From the NCBI GenBank assembly GCA_016711605.1, contig JADJSS010000004.1:194320-258319 (forward strand): a stretch of 64,000 nucleotides of DNA, given 5' to 3'. The notes below the pieces were generated by a model. The model searched no databases, was not told where the DNA came from, and saw only the letters and a list, made by a program, of their open reading frames with translations. Numbering within the stretch: position 1 is the first letter of the stretch; the number at the start of each line of letters is the position of its first letter. The position numbers and the translations under genes are program-made. This DNA comes from Saprospirales bacterium (GTDB taxonomy: Bacteria; Bacteroidota; Bacteroidia; Chitinophagales; JADIYW01). Shown here one piece after another: positions 61,434 through 64,000 of the stretch.

Positions 61434-63212
61434 ATGCGATACACATTTTTACTTTTAAGTTTGATAATAGGTTTGGATTTATTTGCTCAAACACCACAAG
61501 CAGATAAGTTAAAAGAGATTTTGCAAAATCAAAATTTAGAAGATACTGCTAAAATAAGTTACTACCAGCAATTAGCACAATCAATAGTCCAAACTGCACC
61601 TGACTCTGGTTTAAAATATGCTATGTTAGGTTTTGAATTAGCGAAGCAAAAAAATGCAGTAAAAGATCAAATGATTTTTTATAAAATTATGAGTATTGGA
61701 CAAGCTACTAAAGGCGATTATGCTACTGCCAAAGAAACAGTAAATAAAGGAATTGAGCTGTATAAAAATGCAGATCAAAAACAAGCATTAGGTGATTTAT
61801 ATCACAACCTTGGAATTATAAATTATAGATTACAAGATTTTGAAAATAGTATAACTGCCTACCAAAAATCATTAGATATATCTGGTACATTAAATAACAA
61901 TACTGCTTTTGTAAAAACAAAAGTAAGCATGTTGTCATTGTATGTCGATATTAAGAAGTTTGACAAGGCATTACAATTAGGAAATGAGTTAGTTGATTAT
62001 ATAAATAATAAAATGCCCAACGATAAACTAGTATTAGGCAAAGCATATCAAAATATAGGATATGCGTATTGGCGAAGTGGTTATTTAGATAGTGCTATGC
62101 TGAATATTCAGAAAGCATATTCTATTCATAAACCAATAAATCACTATGATGGATTGATAAATGAATTAGGCACATTTGCACAGTATTATACAATAAAAAA
62201 TCAGTATGCAAGTTCAATAGAATATTTAAATGAATCTTTAAGATATTCTAATAAAATTGGACATGCAGAAACACAATGCCGAACCAGTATTTTATTGTCT
62301 GAAAATTATACAAAACTCAATGATTTAGTAAATGCAAAGAAATATGCTGATAGTGCAGTAGTCATTGCGGATAGAACACAATTAAAAAATCTACAAAAAT
62401 CTGCTTATGATAACGTAGCCAAATTAAGTGCAGCACAAGCAGATTATGAAAAAGCATACAAAGTAAAAGTCATTGCTGATTCTATCCAAACTAAAATAAT
62501 AAAAGGACAAAATATAGAACATGCACAAGAGTTAGATATAAAATATGAAGTAAAAGAAAAGCAAAATATAATAACCGAACAAAAGGCTGCAATAAAAACA
62601 CATAAAAGCTTAAATATATTATTGTTTATTTTAGGCGCAATAAGTTTAATAGGCGGCTATTTTATCTACACCTACCTCAATAAACAAGCCCAAAATGCTA
62701 AACAAAAAGCACAGCAATTAGCGATGCAATTAAATGAAGTTTGGTTAAAATATGAACAATTATACGAAAACCAATCTATAGAAACGAGAGGGGTACTGGT
62801 AGAAAACGAGCAATCTACTCCTATTAATTTAGATTCCGATGAACAACAACAAGAAAAAATAATACAACAACATTCAGAAAATAATACGTATATAGAATTT
62901 AAAGAAGATAGAGAAATTAAAAAAATTGCATATACAGCCATATACTATATTAAGAGTGGAAAGAATTATCAAGAGTTTTTTGATAAAAGTGATAAACGAA
63001 TTGGAATGATATTATTACCATTAAGTAATCTACATCAGTTATTGCCAGAAAATTTTTGTAGAGTGCAAAAAAGTTATATTGTAAACAAGAATTATTTAGC
63101 AGAAAAGAAAATTATTAAAAGAGGAAAAAAAGAATTTGTAATGCTTAGTAATGATGTAGAAATTCCATTTAGTGATAAATTTGATGAAATAGACGGTTTT
63201 CCGCTACTTTAA
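61434..63212 (+). CDS. membrane-anchored TPR sensor fused to a LytTR DNA-binding domain
   Basis: Signal peptide, about 380 aa of TPR-like repeats, TM helix (LNILLFILGAISLIGGYFIYTYL), Gln-rich linker, C-terminal LytTR pattern (IYYIKSGKNY...FCRVQKSYIVNKNYL). Confidence 0.75.
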   Translation: MRYTFLLLSLIIGLDLFAQTPQADKLKEILQNQNLEDTAKISYYQQLAQSIVQTAPDSGLKYAMLGFELAKQKNAVKDQMIFYKIMSIGQATKGDYATAKETVNKGIELYKNADQKQALGDLYHNLGIINYRLQDFENSITAYQKSLDISGTLNNNTAFVKTKVSMLSLYVDIKKFDKALQLGNELVDYINNKMPNDKLVLGKAYQNIGYAYWRSGYLDSAMLNIQKAYSIHKPINHYDGLINELGTFAQYYTIKNQYASSIEYLNESLRYSNKIGHAETQCRTSILLSENYTKLNDLVNAKKYADSAVVIADRTQLKNLQKSAYDNVAKLSAAQADYEKAYKVKVIADSIQTKIIKGQNIEHAQELDIKYEVKEKQNIITEQKAAIKTHKSLNILLFILGAISLIGGYFIYTYLNKQAQNAKQKAQQLAMQLNEVWLKYEQLYENQSIETRGVLVENEQSTPINLDSDEQQQEKIIQQHSENNTYIEFKEDREIKKIAYTAIYYIKSGKNYQEFFDKSDKRIGMILLPLSNLHQLLPENFCRVQKSYIVNKNYLAEKKIIKRGKKEFVMLSNDVEIPFSDKFDEIDGFPLL

Positions 63213-63288
63213 ACAGGTAATTTCGTCAAGTAAAATTCCATTTCGTCAATAAATTACGATAAATTGAACATTTTAAAATATAATTGCA
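63211..63288 (+). promoter_or_regulatory. direct repeats TTTCGTCAA x2 (20-bp spacing) plus conserved TTTTAAAATATAATTGCAAAAAA box, copy 1
   Basis: About 80 bp aligning closely by eye with 63663..63748; lies between two LytTR genes. Confidence 0.5.
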
Positions 63289-63324
63289 AAAAAATTACTA
63301 CTGCGCTCAGAAGAATATTTGCAA

Positions 63325-63653
63325 ATGAAAAATTATCTGTTTGTATATGATGAAGATAGGTTACAACATAAAATATACTTTAATGATATTTACTATATTA
63401 TGTGTGAGGAAAACTATGTCAAAATTTTAGGTAAAAGAACAGATAAGTATTTGGCGATGCAATTGATTACATTAAAAAAAATGCACAGCCAATTACCTAA
63501 TAATTTTTGTAGAGTTCAAAAAGATATATCATAAACTTAAACCATATCCAATCAGATGAAGTAATTAAAGAAGGCAAAAAGCAGTTTATCGTACTCACAA
63601 ATGGCACAAAAATTCCAATAAGCGATAATTACGACTTTAAAAAGGAAGTATAA
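63325..63653 (+). CDS. stand-alone LytTR domain protein (one frameshift near 63525)
   Basis: IYYIMCEENYVKI...LPNNFCRVQKD, then (other frame) INLNHIQSDEVIKEGKKQFIVLTNGTKIPISDNY; paralogous to the C-terminus of the 61434..63212 protein. Confidence 0.65.
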
Positions 63654-63662
63654 AACCGATAT

Positions 63663-63748
63663 TTTTGTCCATTTCGTCCATAAAATTCCATTTCGTCCAT
63701 AAAACACAACAAAAATCAATATTTTAAAATATAATTGCAAAAAATTAC
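63663..63748 (+). promoter_or_regulatory. direct repeats (CCATTTCGTCCATAAAA x2) plus conserved TTTTAAAATATAATTGCAAAAAA box, copy 2
   Basis: TTTCGTCCA at 63672 and 63691; box at 63722-63748; immediately upstream of the ATG at 63753. Confidence 0.5.
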
Positions 63749-63752
63749 GCTT

Positions 63753-64000
63753 ATGAGAAATACCTACATTAACATCTTATTATTGCTATTTTTTGGTTGT
63801 GTATTAAATGTGAATGCACAGACTTATACTGTTACATATACACCTACACTTTATAATCCAATTAGTTGTCCATCAAATAATCCTCTAAATAATGAGTATT
63901 TATTACCTAATTGTTCACCATCATCCCAAACCTACACATATAATTCTGGCAATTACAAAGTATCACATAGAGGTTATAATACAAGTACAAAAGAAATTAC
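63753..64000 (+). CDS. secreted protein, 5' partial (runs off the window)
   Basis: ATG at 63753, signal peptide MRNTYINILLLLFFGCVLNVNAQ, open frame to the window end; not in the ORF track because no stop is reached. Confidence 0.55.
   Translation, partial: MRNTYINILLLLFFGCVLNVNAQTYTVTYTPTLYNPISCPSNNPLNNEYLLPNCSPSSQTYTYNSGNYKVSHRGYNTSTKEI

Noticed and set aside
61220-61507. 95-aa ORF upstream of and overlapping the TPR-LytTR gene
   Set aside because: It is Phe/Leu/Ile-rich translation of an AT-rich promoter region. It overlaps the better-supported start at 61434 and has no motif.

Overview
AT-rich (about one-third GC by eye) chromosomal segment. Gene content, lipoprotein and signal-peptide style, TAnnTTTG-type promoter boxes and absence of Shine-Dalgarno sequences point to a Bacteroidota (Flavobacteriia/Sphingobacteriia-like) genome. 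Most of the window is housekeeping: hemF, icd, ruvB, pssA, comM, ribH, recF, trxA, xerD, aroQ, a DEAD-box helicase, yggS, bioB-bioF-bioD-bioA, comEC and yidC. No rRNA, tRNA, CRISPR array or transposase gene was recognised. Five parts stand out. (1) A nine-gene co-directional island at about 20.9-27.8 kb is headed by an NrtR-like Nudix regulator. It combines three ADP-ribose eraser families (NADAR, Macro, ARH) with Tpt1, a metallophosphoesterase, a short Prs-like enzyme and a NadV/NAMPT-like enzyme. The genes are separated by a repeated CTTTGCG-type intergenic cassette. (2) Ten exact-period 21-bp palindromic units (TTAGGGT-N5-ACCCTAA), next to a MITE-like element, sit inside the biotin operon, which also carries an inserted Fic gene. 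(3) A cytoplasmic trypsin-like protease is paired with a small unknown protein. (4) A TPR-TM-LytTR regulator and a paralogous stand-alone LytTR gene are each followed by the same ~80-bp repeat-plus-promoter region. (5) A decayed, compositionally odd stretch lies at 59.5-61.4 kb. At least 17 genes carry single-base frameshifts. Every one I read through is a missing base in an A/T homopolymer, and they occur in patches (15.9-34 kb, 47.3 kb, 54.9-63.5 kb). Essential yidC is among them, so assembly error is the leading explanation and gene decay the alternative. Coordinates of frameshifted genes below are my reconstructions across the shifts.
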